Source: Paracoccaceae bacterium (GTDB taxonomy: Bacteria > Pseudomonadota > Alphaproteobacteria > Rhodobacterales > Rhodobacteraceae). Taken from it: DNA of 64,000 bases. This document shows, piece by piece, positions 20,322 through 28,666 of the stretch. Every line of letters begins with the position of its first letter. Position 1 is the first letter of the stretch. The stretch lies in the NCBI GenBank assembly GCA_024236495.1, contig JACKKJ010000004.1:201783-265782 (forward strand), read 5' to 3'. A model generated the notes under the pieces. It searched no databases and had not been told where the DNA came from. It saw only the letters and a list, made by a program, of their open reading frames with translations. Made by a program: the position numbers and the translations under genes.

Positions 20322-21521
20322 ATGACCGACAGCCCCCTTCCGATCGTCCGCCTGCGGCCCAAGGCCGAGGCCCGCGCCATACGCCACGGTTTCCCCTGGG
20401 TCTATGCCGACGAACTGGTGACCGACCGGCGGACATCGAAGATTGCGCCGGGGGCCTTCGCGGTCCTTGAGGATGCCGAACGCCGCCCGCTCGGGCTTGT
20501 CACCGTCAATGTGCAGTCGAAGATCATCGCGCGGATGATGGACCGCGACCCGGGTGCGGCAATCGACCGGGGCTGGCTTTGCGCGCGCATCGCCCGTGCG
20601 GCGGCCCTGCGCGACCGGCTTTACGACGCGCCCTTCTACCGGCTCGTCCATGCCGAGGCCGACGGGCTGCCCGGCGTGGTAATCGACCGCTTCGGCGACG
20701 CCGCGGTGATCCAGCCGAACGCCGCCTGGGCGGAGGCGATGATCGGCGATCTGGCCGCCGCGCTGGCCGAGGTGACGGGGGTGACGCGGATCGTCAAGAA
20801 CGGCACCGGCCGGTCGCGCGGGCTGGAGGGGCTGGCGGAGGAGACGGCGGTGCTTTCCGGCGGGCTGGAGGCACCTGTTCCGGTTCCGATGAACGGCGCG
20901 ACCTACATGGCCGACCTTCTGGGCGGTCAGAAGACCGGGCTTTTCTACGACCAGCGTCCGAACCACGCCTTCGCGCAGCGCCTTGCGAAGGGCGCCCGCG
21001 TTCTCGACGTCTTCGCCCATGTCGGGGGGTTTTCGCTGGCGGCGCTGGCGGGCGGTGCCGACGCCGCGCTGGCCGTCGATTCTTCCGCCCCGGCGCTTGC
21101 CCTGGCCGAGGAGGGCGCGCGGGCGGCGGGCGTGGCCGGGCGCTTCGCCACCCGTCAGGGCGATGCCTTCGCGGTGATGGAGGCGCTGGCGGCGGAAGGG
21201 CGGAGCTTCGACCTCGTCGTCTGCGACCCGCCCGCCTTCGCGCCCTCGAAACCGGCGCTTGAGGCCGGCCTGCGCGCCTATGAGCGCGTCGCGCGCCTGG
21301 CCGCGCCCCTGGTCGCGCCGGGGGGCTACCTGGGGCTTTGTTCCTGTTCGCACGCGGCGGACCTGACGCAGTTCCGCAACGCCTCGGCCCGCGGGATCGG
21401 GCGCGGCGGGCGGCGCGGGCAGCTTCTGCACACGGGCTATGCCGGACCCGACCACCCGATGCTGCCGCAACTGGCGGAATCGGGCTACCTCAAGGCATTG
21501 TTCTTCCGGCTCGACGGATGA
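20322..21521 (+). CDS. RlmI-like PUA-domain SAM-dependent RNA methyltransferase
   Basis: GFPWVYADE, EADGLPGVVIDRF, GQKTGLFYDQR, VLDVFAHVGGF, DPPAF. Confidence 0.88.
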   Translation: MTDSPLPIVRLRPKAEARAIRHGFPWVYADELVTDRRTSKIAPGAFAVLEDAERRPLGLVTVNVQSKIIARMMDRDPGAAIDRGWLCARIARAAALRDRLYDAPFYRLVHAEADGLPGVVIDRFGDAAVIQPNAAWAEAMIGDLAAALAEVTGVTRIVKNGTGRSRGLEGLAEETAVLSGGLEAPVPVPMNGATYMADLLGGQKTGLFYDQRPNHAFAQRLAKGARVLDVFAHVGGFSLAALAGGADAALAVDSSAPALALAEEGARAAGVAGRFATRQGDAFAVMEALAAEGRSFDLVVCDPPAFAPSKPALEAGLRAYERVARLAAPLVAPGGYLGLCSCSHAADLTQFRNASARGIGRGGRRGQLLHTGYAGPDHPMLPQLAESGYLKALFFRLDG

Positions 21522-22066
21522 AGGCGCTTCTGGACGCCTGCGTCCTTTACCCCACCGTCCTGCGCGAGATTCTGACCGGCGTCGCGGGACAGGGGCTTTA
21601 CACCCCCCTCTGGTCCGACCGCATCCTTGAGGAGTGGGCGCGCGCCACCCGCAAGCTCGGCCCCGGTGCCGAGGAGATCGCACGAGGGGAAATCGCGGCA
21701 CTGCGCGCGACCTTTCCCGGGGCTGCGGTGGCAGAACGCGCGGGGCTGGCCGCGCGGCTTCACCTGCCCGACACCAACGACATCCATGTGCTTGCCGCGG
21801 CGATCGCCGGGGGCGCCGATGCGATCGTGACCTTCAACGCCGCCGATTTCCCGCGCCATACGCTGGCAGAGGAAGGGATCGCGCGGCTCGACCCCGACCG
21901 CTTCCTTTTCGAGCTTTGGCAAAAGGCCCCGGACCAGGTCGCCACGGCGGTCGAACGCGTGCGCGCCCGCGCAGAGGCACTTTCGGGCGAACCGCAACCG
22001 TTGCGCGCGCTTCTCAAACGCGCCAAGCTGCCGCGCCTGGGCAAGGCGCTTGCCGCCGCGGGCTGA
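21518..22066 (+). CDS. PIN-domain protein
   Basis: LLDACVLYP, ILEEW, LPDTNDIHVLAAAI, IVTFNAADFP; ATGA overlap with the methyltransferase. Confidence 0.88.
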   Translation: MKALLDACVLYPTVLREILTGVAGQGLYTPLWSDRILEEWARATRKLGPGAEEIARGEIAALRATFPGAAVAERAGLAARLHLPDTNDIHVLAAAIAGGADAIVTFNAADFPRHTLAEEGIARLDPDRFLFELWQKAPDQVATAVERVRARAEALSGEPQPLRALLKRAKLPRLGKALAAAG

Positions 22067-22096
22067 TCCCGGCCCGGGTTCGCGGCCCCTGCAATT

Positions 22097-22141
22097 CCCC
22101 TTTCAGTCTGGCGCAAATACTCCCGCCGGAGGCTCCCGCAG
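22097..22141 (+). repeat. Dispersed REP-like intergenic repeat, copy B
   Basis: CCCCTTTCAGTCTGGCGCAAATACTCCCGCCGGAGGCTCCCGCAG. Confidence 0.85.
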
Positions 22142-22146
22142 CCGCC

Positions 22147-22851
22147 TCAGGCGCGTGGGCCGGGTCCTGCAAGGCCCCAGCGCCTTTCGTTCGCCTCGAT
22201 TGCGGCGATGCGCGCGTCGGTGTCGGGGTGGCTGGCCAGCCAGACCGGCGGACGCCGCCCCTCTGTCCCGGTCAGCCGGCCGAGCTTGGCGAAAAGCGAC
22301 TTCTGCGGCCCGGTGCCGATTCCCGCCTTCACCAGAAGCGCCGAGGCCCATTCGTCGGCCTCGAACTCGTCCTGCCGGCTCAGCCGCGCGGCCAGCAGCC
22401 CGGTCAGGAAATTGGCAAGGTAGAAACCGACCCAGGGCAGGAACCGTCCCAGAACCGCCGACAGCACGACGCGGATCGCGTTCTGGCCCGAGAAGTCGAT
22501 CATCCGGCGACGCGCATGGCCAAGCGCGACATGGCCAAGCTCATGGGCGATGACGCTTGCCATCTCCTCGCCCGTGACCTCGCCCGCGCGGAACTTCTGC
22601 AAGAAGCCGCGGGTCAGGAAGATCCGCCCGTCCGGCGCGGCAAGGCCGTTGACCGGGTCGATCTCATAGACCCGGACCGGCACCTGCCGCACCCCAAGGG
22701 GTTCGGCCAGCCGGTCGATCGCGCGCAAGAGCGCCGGATCGTCCAGAGGGCGGGATCGCGCATCCAGTTCCCGCCGCGTGCGCCAGACGGAAAAGTGGTA
22801 AAGGACAAGGCCGTATAGGACGGCAAGCAGGATCGGGGCCAGGCGCAGCAT
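22147..22851 (-). CDS. M48-family zinc metallopeptidase, membrane anchored
   Basis: HELGH, SRQDEFEAD, SHP motifs; N-terminal TM segment. Confidence 0.9.
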   Translation of the reverse strand: MLRLAPILLAVLYGLVLYHFSVWRTRRELDARSRPLDDPALLRAIDRLAEPLGVRQVPVRVYEIDPVNGLAAPDGRIFLTRGFLQKFRAGEVTGEEMASVIAHELGHVALGHARRRMIDFSGQNAIRVVLSAVLGRFLPWVGFYLANFLTGLLAARLSRQDEFEADEWASALLVKAGIGTGPQKSLFAKLGRLTGTEGRRPPVWLASHPDTDARIAAIEANERRWGLAGPGPRA

Positions 22852-22863
22852 CCCCGCAATATG

Positions 22864-22952
22864 GGGAAGGCGGCGGGCAAAGGGAAGGCGGCGGGGAAAG
22901 GGAAGGTGGGGGCAAAGGAAAGGTGGGGGGCAAAGGAAAGGTGGGGGGCAGC
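22864..22952. repeat. Degenerate 17-18-bp G-rich tandem repeat (5 units)
   Basis: GGGAAGGCGGCGGGCAAA / GGGAAGGCGGCGGGGAAA / GGGAAGGTGGGGGCAAA / GGAAAGGTGGGGGGCAAA / GGAAAGGTGGGGGGCAGC. Confidence 0.9.
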
Positions 22953-22957
22953 GGCAA

Positions 22958-23551
22958 TCAGGCGCGGTGGCGCATCGCCGCGCGCAGCCAGAGGCCCGCG
23001 AGCACCATCGCCGCCGCACCGCCGACGAGCCCGAGCAGAGACCCGATCAGATCCTCCGCCGCCTGGAGGTTGCCGACGAACAGATGGCCCATGCCGGTGT
23101 AAAGCCCGACCCAGACCAGTTCGCCCGCCACCCCGGCGGCGGTGAACCGCGCCCAGCCGTGCCCCGCCGCACCGGCGGCAAGGTTCACCCAGGGGCCCGC
23201 CGGGCTGACCAGCCAGCGCGACAGGAACACCGCCGCCAGGAACCCCCGCGCCAGAAGCGCGCGCGCCCGCGCGACCAGTGCCGCGCGCTTGCCCTGCCGT
23301 TCGATCCGCGCCAAAAGCGTCCGCCCGCCGAACCGGCCGATGGCAAAGCCGGTCTGGTCGCCCGCGACCGCACCCGCGAGCGCCGCGCCCATCGCCTGCG
23401 ACAGTGCGAAATCGCCGGCGGCGGCAAAACCGCCCGCCGCCAGCATCAGAAGCGACGCGGGCATCGGCACGGCAAGGCAGGACAGATAGGTCGCAAGCGC
23501 CAGGATCCACAGCCCGTAATCGGGCAGAAGCGCCAGAAGCCAGTCGCTCAT
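22958..23551 (-). CDS. DedA/VTT-family membrane protein
   Basis: PMPASLLMLAAG, GAVAGDQTGFAIGR, VFLSRWL motifs. Confidence 0.88.
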   Translation of the reverse strand: MSDWLLALLPDYGLWILALATYLSCLAVPMPASLLMLAAGGFAAAGDFALSQAMGAALAGAVAGDQTGFAIGRFGGRTLLARIERQGKRAALVARARALLARGFLAAVFLSRWLVSPAGPWVNLAAGAAGHGWARFTAAGVAGELVWVGLYTGMGHLFVGNLQAAEDLIGSLLGLVGGAAAMVLAGLWLRAAMRHRA

Positions 23552-23895
23552 TTCCCAGCCCCGGCCCCGGCGGCAAGGAAGGCCGCGACCTCGTTCAGCA
23601 GCGTTTCGACCGGAATGCCCCGCGCCCCGGCGATCTCGGCCAGCGTCAGATGGGTGTCCGGGCCGGGCTCGAGGCCCAGGTGACGGGAAAGATCCTCGCG
23701 CGGGACATGCCAGCTGCGGGCGATGTAGCCGGGTGTCATCCAGCCGTCGGGCGTTTGCTGGCGATGCGCCGGATCGGACCAGTAGAGGGTGAAGACGACA
23801 AGGCGGGCGGCAAAGAACAGGGCAACGGCCGCACCGCCCACGAAGACAAGAAGTGGCAGCCGGTGTTCGCGCCACAGATGCGCCAGCGCCCTCAT
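23548..23895 (-). CDS. Single-TM hypothetical protein (WMTPGYIARSW motif)
   Basis: ATGA overlaps with both the VWA gene and dedA. Confidence 0.75.
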   Translation of the reverse strand: MRALAHLWREHRLPLLVFVGGAAVALFFAARLVVFTLYWSDPAHRQQTPDGWMTPGYIARSWHVPREDLSRHLGLEPGPDTHLTLAEIAGARGIPVETLLNEVAAFLAAGAGAGK

Positions 23896-25073
23896 GTCAG
23901 CGCCTTGACCGCCCGCCCGATCCCGTCGAGCGTCAGGGGAAACATCGCGCCCTCGAAGATGCGCCGGATCATGCCCACCGATTGCGTATGCGGCCAGTAG
24001 CGTTCGGGCAGGGGGTTCAGCCAGACGTTGCCGGGCCATTGCGCGCGGGCGCGTTCAAGCCAGACCTGCCCCGCCTCGGCGTTCCAGTGTTCGTTGGCGC
24101 CGCCCGGATGCGCGATCTCGTAGGGCGACATCGAGGCATCGCCGACGAAGATCGCCTTGTAGTCGGAGCCGTAGGTGCGCAGCACCTCCGGGGTCGGGGT
24201 CTGGCGGTCCCAGCGGCGGTGGTTGTCGCGCCAGACGCCTTCGTAAAGGCAGTTGTGGAAGTAGTAATACTCCAGGTGCTTGAACTCGGCCCGCGCGGCG
24301 CTGAACAGTTCCTCCACCACCCGGACATGCGGGTCCATCGAACCGCCGACATCGAGGAACAGCAGCACCTTCACCGCGTTGTGCCGCTCTGGCCGGGTCT
24401 TGACGTCGAGATAGCCGTGTTCGGCAGTGGCGCGGATCGTGCCGGGCAGGTCCAATTCCTCTGCCGCGCCGGTCCGGGCCCAGCGACGCAGCCGTTTCAG
24501 CGCCACCTTGATGTTGCGGGTGCCCAGTTCGACCTGATCGTCGAGATTGCGGAAGTCGCGCTTGTCCCAGACCTTGACCGCGCGCTGGTTGCGGCTTTCC
24601 TTCTGGCCGATCCGAACCCCTTCGGGGTTGTAGCCGTAGGCCCCGAAGGGCGAGGTTCCGGCGGTCCCGATCCACTTCGATCCGCCCTGATGGCGCCCCT
24701 TCTGCTCCTCAAGGCGTTTCCTGAGCGTTTCCATAAGCTTGTCGAAGCCTCCCAAAGCTTCGATCTGGGACTTCTCGGCGCTTGTGAGGGTGCGTTCCAG
24801 AAGTTTTTCGAGCCACTCGGCGGGCAGGTCGATGGCTTCCAGGACCGCCTCGGCGCTGATCGCCTCGATGCCCTTGAACGCCTCGGCGAAGGCCCGGTCG
24901 AAGCGGTCCAGATGGCGTTCGTCCTTCACCATCGCGGTGCGGGCGAGGTAGTAGAAGGTTTCGACCTCGTAGGTGGCAAGTCCCGCTGCCAGCCCTTCGA
25001 GAAACCCGAGGTATTCGCGCAGGGATACCGGGATGCCGGTCCTGCGCAGGGTTTCGAAGAAGGGCAGGAACAT
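23892..25073 (-). CDS. VWA-domain protein (CoxE-like MoxR partner)
   Basis: MIDAS motif DVGGSMD, YYFHNC, VGDASMSPYE, WLNP. Confidence 0.9.
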   Translation of the reverse strand: MFLPFFETLRRTGIPVSLREYLGFLEGLAAGLATYEVETFYYLARTAMVKDERHLDRFDRAFAEAFKGIEAISAEAVLEAIDLPAEWLEKLLERTLTSAEKSQIEALGGFDKLMETLRKRLEEQKGRHQGGSKWIGTAGTSPFGAYGYNPEGVRIGQKESRNQRAVKVWDKRDFRNLDDQVELGTRNIKVALKRLRRWARTGAAEELDLPGTIRATAEHGYLDVKTRPERHNAVKVLLFLDVGGSMDPHVRVVEELFSAARAEFKHLEYYYFHNCLYEGVWRDNHRRWDRQTPTPEVLRTYGSDYKAIFVGDASMSPYEIAHPGGANEHWNAEAGQVWLERARAQWPGNVWLNPLPERYWPHTQSVGMIRRIFEGAMFPLTLDGIGRAVKALT

Positions 25074-25075
25074 GG

Positions 25076-25243
25076 TCAGACCATTCGGTCGATCATCAGC
25101 GTCACGAAAAGGCCGGCGATCCCGAAAAGGATAGCATGGACAAGGGCATACTGCCATTTGTCAAAGCTGTTCCCGCCCCGGCGGCGGGCCCGGATCCAGC
25201 CCAGGGCGGCCCCGAGGACCAGTCCCGCGACGATGATGATCAT
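25076..25243 (-). CDS. 55-aa two-TM small protein MIIIVAGLVLGAALGWIRARRRGGNSFDKWQYALVHAILFGIAGLFVTLMIDRMV (not in ORF track)
   Basis: ATGA overlap with the DUF2927 stop; ends 2 nt before the VWA start; TM-basic loop-TM pattern. Confidence 0.8.
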   Translation of the reverse strand: MIIIVAGLVLGAALGWIRARRRGGNSFDKWQYALVHAILFGIAGLFVTLMIDRMV

Positions 25244-26610
25244 TGCTGCGTTACCTCTGCCAGTCGTTCAAGCGATCGGAAGCTCGCATCGAAATTCGCG
25301 ATCTCCTCGACCGAGCCGAAGCCATAGCGCGCCCAGCCAAGACTGTCGAGCCGCGCGGCATCCGCCTCGGCGCCGCGGCCAAGCAGGCGCAGCGCGGCGG
25401 CCTCGGTGCGTTGCAGCTCGGCCAGAAGGGCGGCGTTTTGGGCGCGGCGCGCGGCCGGCATCGCGGCGCGCGCGATCTGGATCGCCGCCGGAGCGTCGCC
25501 CCGGCTGAGCGCGAAGGTCGCCAGCGGCAGATCGACCTGGGCGCGCTGGATCTCGGCGCCGGGGATCGCGTCGAACGCGGCGCGGGCGCCGAGATAGGCG
25601 GCCTGGGCCGCCGTCGCGTCGCGCGACTGGATCAGCCGGCCGAAGGCATAAAGCGCGAAGCCCGCCCGTTCGTCGCGCCAGCCGCGGGATCGAACAATGT
25701 CCACCGCGCGGGCGGCGGCACTGCGCCGGGCCGAGGGCGACCCGCGGGGGCCAAGTGCCGCCTCGACCGCGCGCACGAAGACGCGGGGCGTCGGGTCCAC
25801 AGGCGGCCCGGCAGGGCGTTCGCCGGCCGGGTTCAGCCGCGCGAATATCGCCGGCAGGCGGGCGGCGACGGCGGCGCGGGTCATGCCGCTCGCGAGGTCG
25901 GGCGCGTAGTGGACGCGCAGCATCAGCATGTCGAAGCCGGTCAGGACGGTGTGGAAATTGTCGTCGTTGAAGACCGAATCCGGCAGCTCGTAGAGGTCGT
26001 TGAGCGGGCCAAGCGCCTGGGCGATTTCCTCGTGCAGGCAGTCGCGGATCTCTTGCGGGGCGGTGTCGTTGGGGATGAAGACGGCGACCCGATCACGGCG
26101 GGTCAGCCGCGCCCAGTCGGTCTCGGGCGAACGCGCAAGCGTGCGGTATTCCTGCCAGGAGGAAACGCCCGGTTCGACGAAGCAGGCCGCCTGCGGCACC
26201 TGCGCCTGCATGACCCGGCGCGGCAGGAATTCGACAGTGATCGCGGCAGGGCCGTCGGTGCGGAAGATGTCGATATCCGCCTCGGAACGCAGCCGCGTCA
26301 GCAGACGGCCGAGGTCGGCACCCGCCGTCGGCGGCACCGCGCCGGTCATCGCCACCGACACCGGCCCCTCGAAGCGGGTCAGGACCGGAAGGTCTTCGCC
26401 GGTTTCCAGCCGGAACGACAGGTCCAGGAAATTGCGCGCCATTTCGCCGTTCGGGCGAAGCGGCCGCTGTGGCGGGGTCTGGGCAAAGACGCGCATCGCC
26501 GGAAGATCGGCCAAGGGCGCGCGCGCGGCATTCGGCGCGGTCGGGGCCGGGGGGACGGCGCAGGCCGCAAGAAGCGCCAGGAACGCGAACGGGGCGAAGG
26601 CGGCGCGCAT
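25240..26610 (-). CDS. DUF2927-like lipoprotein with helical C-terminal region
   Basis: Lipobox LLAAC (Cys17); CLHEEIAQALGPLNDL..SVFNDDN; TGATG overlap with GNAT. Confidence 0.8.
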   Translation of the reverse strand: MRAAFAPFAFLALLAACAVPPAPTAPNAARAPLADLPAMRVFAQTPPQRPLRPNGEMARNFLDLSFRLETGEDLPVLTRFEGPVSVAMTGAVPPTAGADLGRLLTRLRSEADIDIFRTDGPAAITVEFLPRRVMQAQVPQAACFVEPGVSSWQEYRTLARSPETDWARLTRRDRVAVFIPNDTAPQEIRDCLHEEIAQALGPLNDLYELPDSVFNDDNFHTVLTGFDMLMLRVHYAPDLASGMTRAAVAARLPAIFARLNPAGERPAGPPVDPTPRVFVRAVEAALGPRGSPSARRSAAARAVDIVRSRGWRDERAGFALYAFGRLIQSRDATAAQAAYLGARAAFDAIPGAEIQRAQVDLPLATFALSRGDAPAAIQIARAAMPAARRAQNAALLAELQRTEAAALRLLGRGAEADAARLDSLGWARYGFGSVEEIANFDASFRSLERLAEVTQQ

Positions 26611-27059
26611 CAGGGCCGGTTGTATTCGATGAACGGGGTCTTGACCCCGATGCGGTCGTAAAGGCGCCGCGCCCTGTGGTTGAAGTCCTGCGTCATCCAG
26701 TAGACCGAGGCCGCGCCATGGGCATCTGCCGCGCCATAGACCGCCTCGATCAGGGCGCGCCCGATGCCGGTGCCGCGCACATCCGGGTCGGCGTACAGGT
26801 CTTGCAGATAGCAGGTGTCGGCGACCGACCAGCAACTGCGGTGAAAAAGGTAGTGGGCAAGCCCGACCGGCCTGTGGCCCAGAAGCGCGAGGAAGCCGCG
26901 ATATTCGCCGGGCGCACCCGAGGTCAGGCGGGCGAAGGTGGCCGCGTAGACATCCTCGGGCAGGGTGGTTTCGTAGAAGACGAGGTAGTCATGCCACAGC
27001 CGGCGCCATTCGGGGGCGTCGGCCGGTTCGATCGCGCGGATCGTCAACTGCGGTGTCAT
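26610..27059 (-). CDS. GNAT N-acetyltransferase
   Basis: LQDLYADPDVRGTGIGRALI acetyl-CoA motif; N.RARRLYD. Confidence 0.9.
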   Translation of the reverse strand: MTPQLTIRAIEPADAPEWRRLWHDYLVFYETTLPEDVYAATFARLTSGAPGEYRGFLALLGHRPVGLAHYLFHRSCWSVADTCYLQDLYADPDVRGTGIGRALIEAVYGAADAHGAASVYWMTQDFNHRARRLYDRIGVKTPFIEYNRP

Positions 27060-27149
27060 CGAGTCCTCCGGGTGGGGCGACGCTAGCCTGTCGCGGCGGC
27101 AGGTGCAATTTCACATCCTCGGTGTCGGCGGAGTTTGGCGGGGCCGGCG

Positions 27150-27989
27150 CTAGCGGCCGGCGCGCGCCATGAAGGCCAGCCGTTCGAAAAGCGCGACATC
27201 CTGTTCGTTCTTCAGGAGTGCGCCGTGCAGCTTGGGCAGAAGCTGCCGGGGATCGCGTTTCAGATCCTCGGGCGAAAGATCCTCGGCGAGGATCAGCTTG
27301 AGCCAGTCGAGCACCTCAGAGGTCGAGGGCTTCTTCTTCAGACCCGGGGTTTCGCGAATCTCGTAGAACTGGGTCAGCGCCTCGGCCAGCAGGGTTTCCT
27401 TGATCCTGGGGAAATGCACCGCGACGATCCGGCGCAGCGTGTCGGCTTCGGGAAAGCGGATGTAGTGGAAGAAGCAGCGGCGCAGGAAGGCGTCGGGCAG
27501 TTCCTTTTCGTTGTTCGAGGTGATGATGACCACCGGGCGGTGACGTGCGCGGATCGTCTCTCCGGTCTCGTAGACGTGAAACTCCATCCGGTCGAGTTCC
27601 TGCAGAAGGTCGTTCGGAAACTCGATATCCGCCTTGTCGACCTCGTCGATCAGCAAGACGACCTTGCCTTCCGCCTCGAACGCCTGCCAAAGCTTGCCCT
27701 TGCGGATGTAGTTCTTCACCTCGTGGACACGCGAGTCGCCCAGCTGGCTGTCGCGCAGGCGGCTGACGGCATCGTATTCGTAAAGCCCTTGCTGCGCCTT
27801 TGTCGTTGATTTCACATGCCATTCGACCAGCGGCAGGCCAAGGGCGCCGGCGACCTGGCGGGCCAGTTCGGTCTTGCCGGTGCCGGGTTCCCCCTTGACC
27901 AGCAGCGGCCGTTCGAGCGTGACCGCGGCATTGACCGCGACGGTGAGGTCTTCGGTCGCCACATAGTTCGCCGTTCCTTGGAATTTCAT
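27150..27989 (-). CDS. MoxR-family AAA+ ATPase
   Basis: Walker A GEPGTGKT, Walker B LLIDEVDKAD, ELPDAFLRRC. Confidence 0.92.
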   Translation of the reverse strand: MKFQGTANYVATEDLTVAVNAAVTLERPLLVKGEPGTGKTELARQVAGALGLPLVEWHVKSTTKAQQGLYEYDAVSRLRDSQLGDSRVHEVKNYIRKGKLWQAFEAEGKVVLLIDEVDKADIEFPNDLLQELDRMEFHVYETGETIRARHRPVVIITSNNEKELPDAFLRRCFFHYIRFPEADTLRRIVAVHFPRIKETLLAEALTQFYEIRETPGLKKKPSTSEVLDWLKLILAEDLSPEDLKRDPRQLLPKLHGALLKNEQDVALFERLAFMARAGR

Positions 27990-28171
27990 CAGCTTATGTC
28001 TCCGCTTCGGGCAATTGCCCCGCAAGAGAGATACGCGTGCCATCAAAATGCCGCAAGGCGTGGCGACACCTAGTGACATCCCCCCGCCGTTAGGCTAAGG
28101 GAGCGCCCGAGGAGTTCCGGATGACCATTGCAGAAATGACGAACGGCACCGGAAACAGGAAGGGAGCAGAG

Positions 28172-28594
28172 ATGAAGGCAGAAATCTTTCTTCCCGAGGA
28201 TTATCGTCCCGCCGAGGACGAGCCGTTCATGAACGAACGCCAGCTTGAATATTTCCGCCGCAAGCTGACGACCTGGAAGAACGAATTGCTTGAGCAGTCC
28301 GCCGAGACGCTGGAAGGCCTGCAAGACAGCGCGCGCAACGTGCCCGACCTGGCGGACCGCGCCAGCGAGGAGACCGACCGCGCGCTTGAACTGCGCACCC
28401 GCGACCGGCAGCGCAAGCTGGTGACCAAGATCGACGCGGCACTGCGCCGGATCGACAATGGCGAATACGGCTATTGCGAGATGACCGGGGAGCCGATTTC
28501 GCTGAAGCGTCTGGATGCGCGCCCGATCGCGACCATGACGCTTGAGGCGCAGGAACGTCACGAACGCCGCGAACGGGTGCATCGCGACGATTGA
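28172..28594 (+). CDS. dksA: RNA polymerase-binding transcription factor DksA (single-Cys alphaproteobacterial type)
   Basis: DLADRA coiled-coil tip; CEMTGEPISLKRLDARPIATMTLEAQE. Confidence 0.94.
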   Translation: MKAEIFLPEDYRPAEDEPFMNERQLEYFRRKLTTWKNELLEQSAETLEGLQDSARNVPDLADRASEETDRALELRTRDRQRKLVTKIDAALRRIDNGEYGYCEMTGEPISLKRLDARPIATMTLEAQERHERRERVHRDD

Positions 28595-28666
28595 CGCCGG
28601 GCGACAGGTCGGCAGAATTCGGCGCCGGAGCCCCCGTGGCTCCGGCGTTTTGTTTCGGAGGGCGGT

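Noticed and set aside
22864-22952. Possible CRISPR array
   Set aside because: Units are contiguous without unique spacers and there are no cas genes.
28172-28594. DksA lacking the four-Cys zinc finger
   Set aside because: Normal for alphaproteobacterial DksA; neither novel nor a pseudogene.
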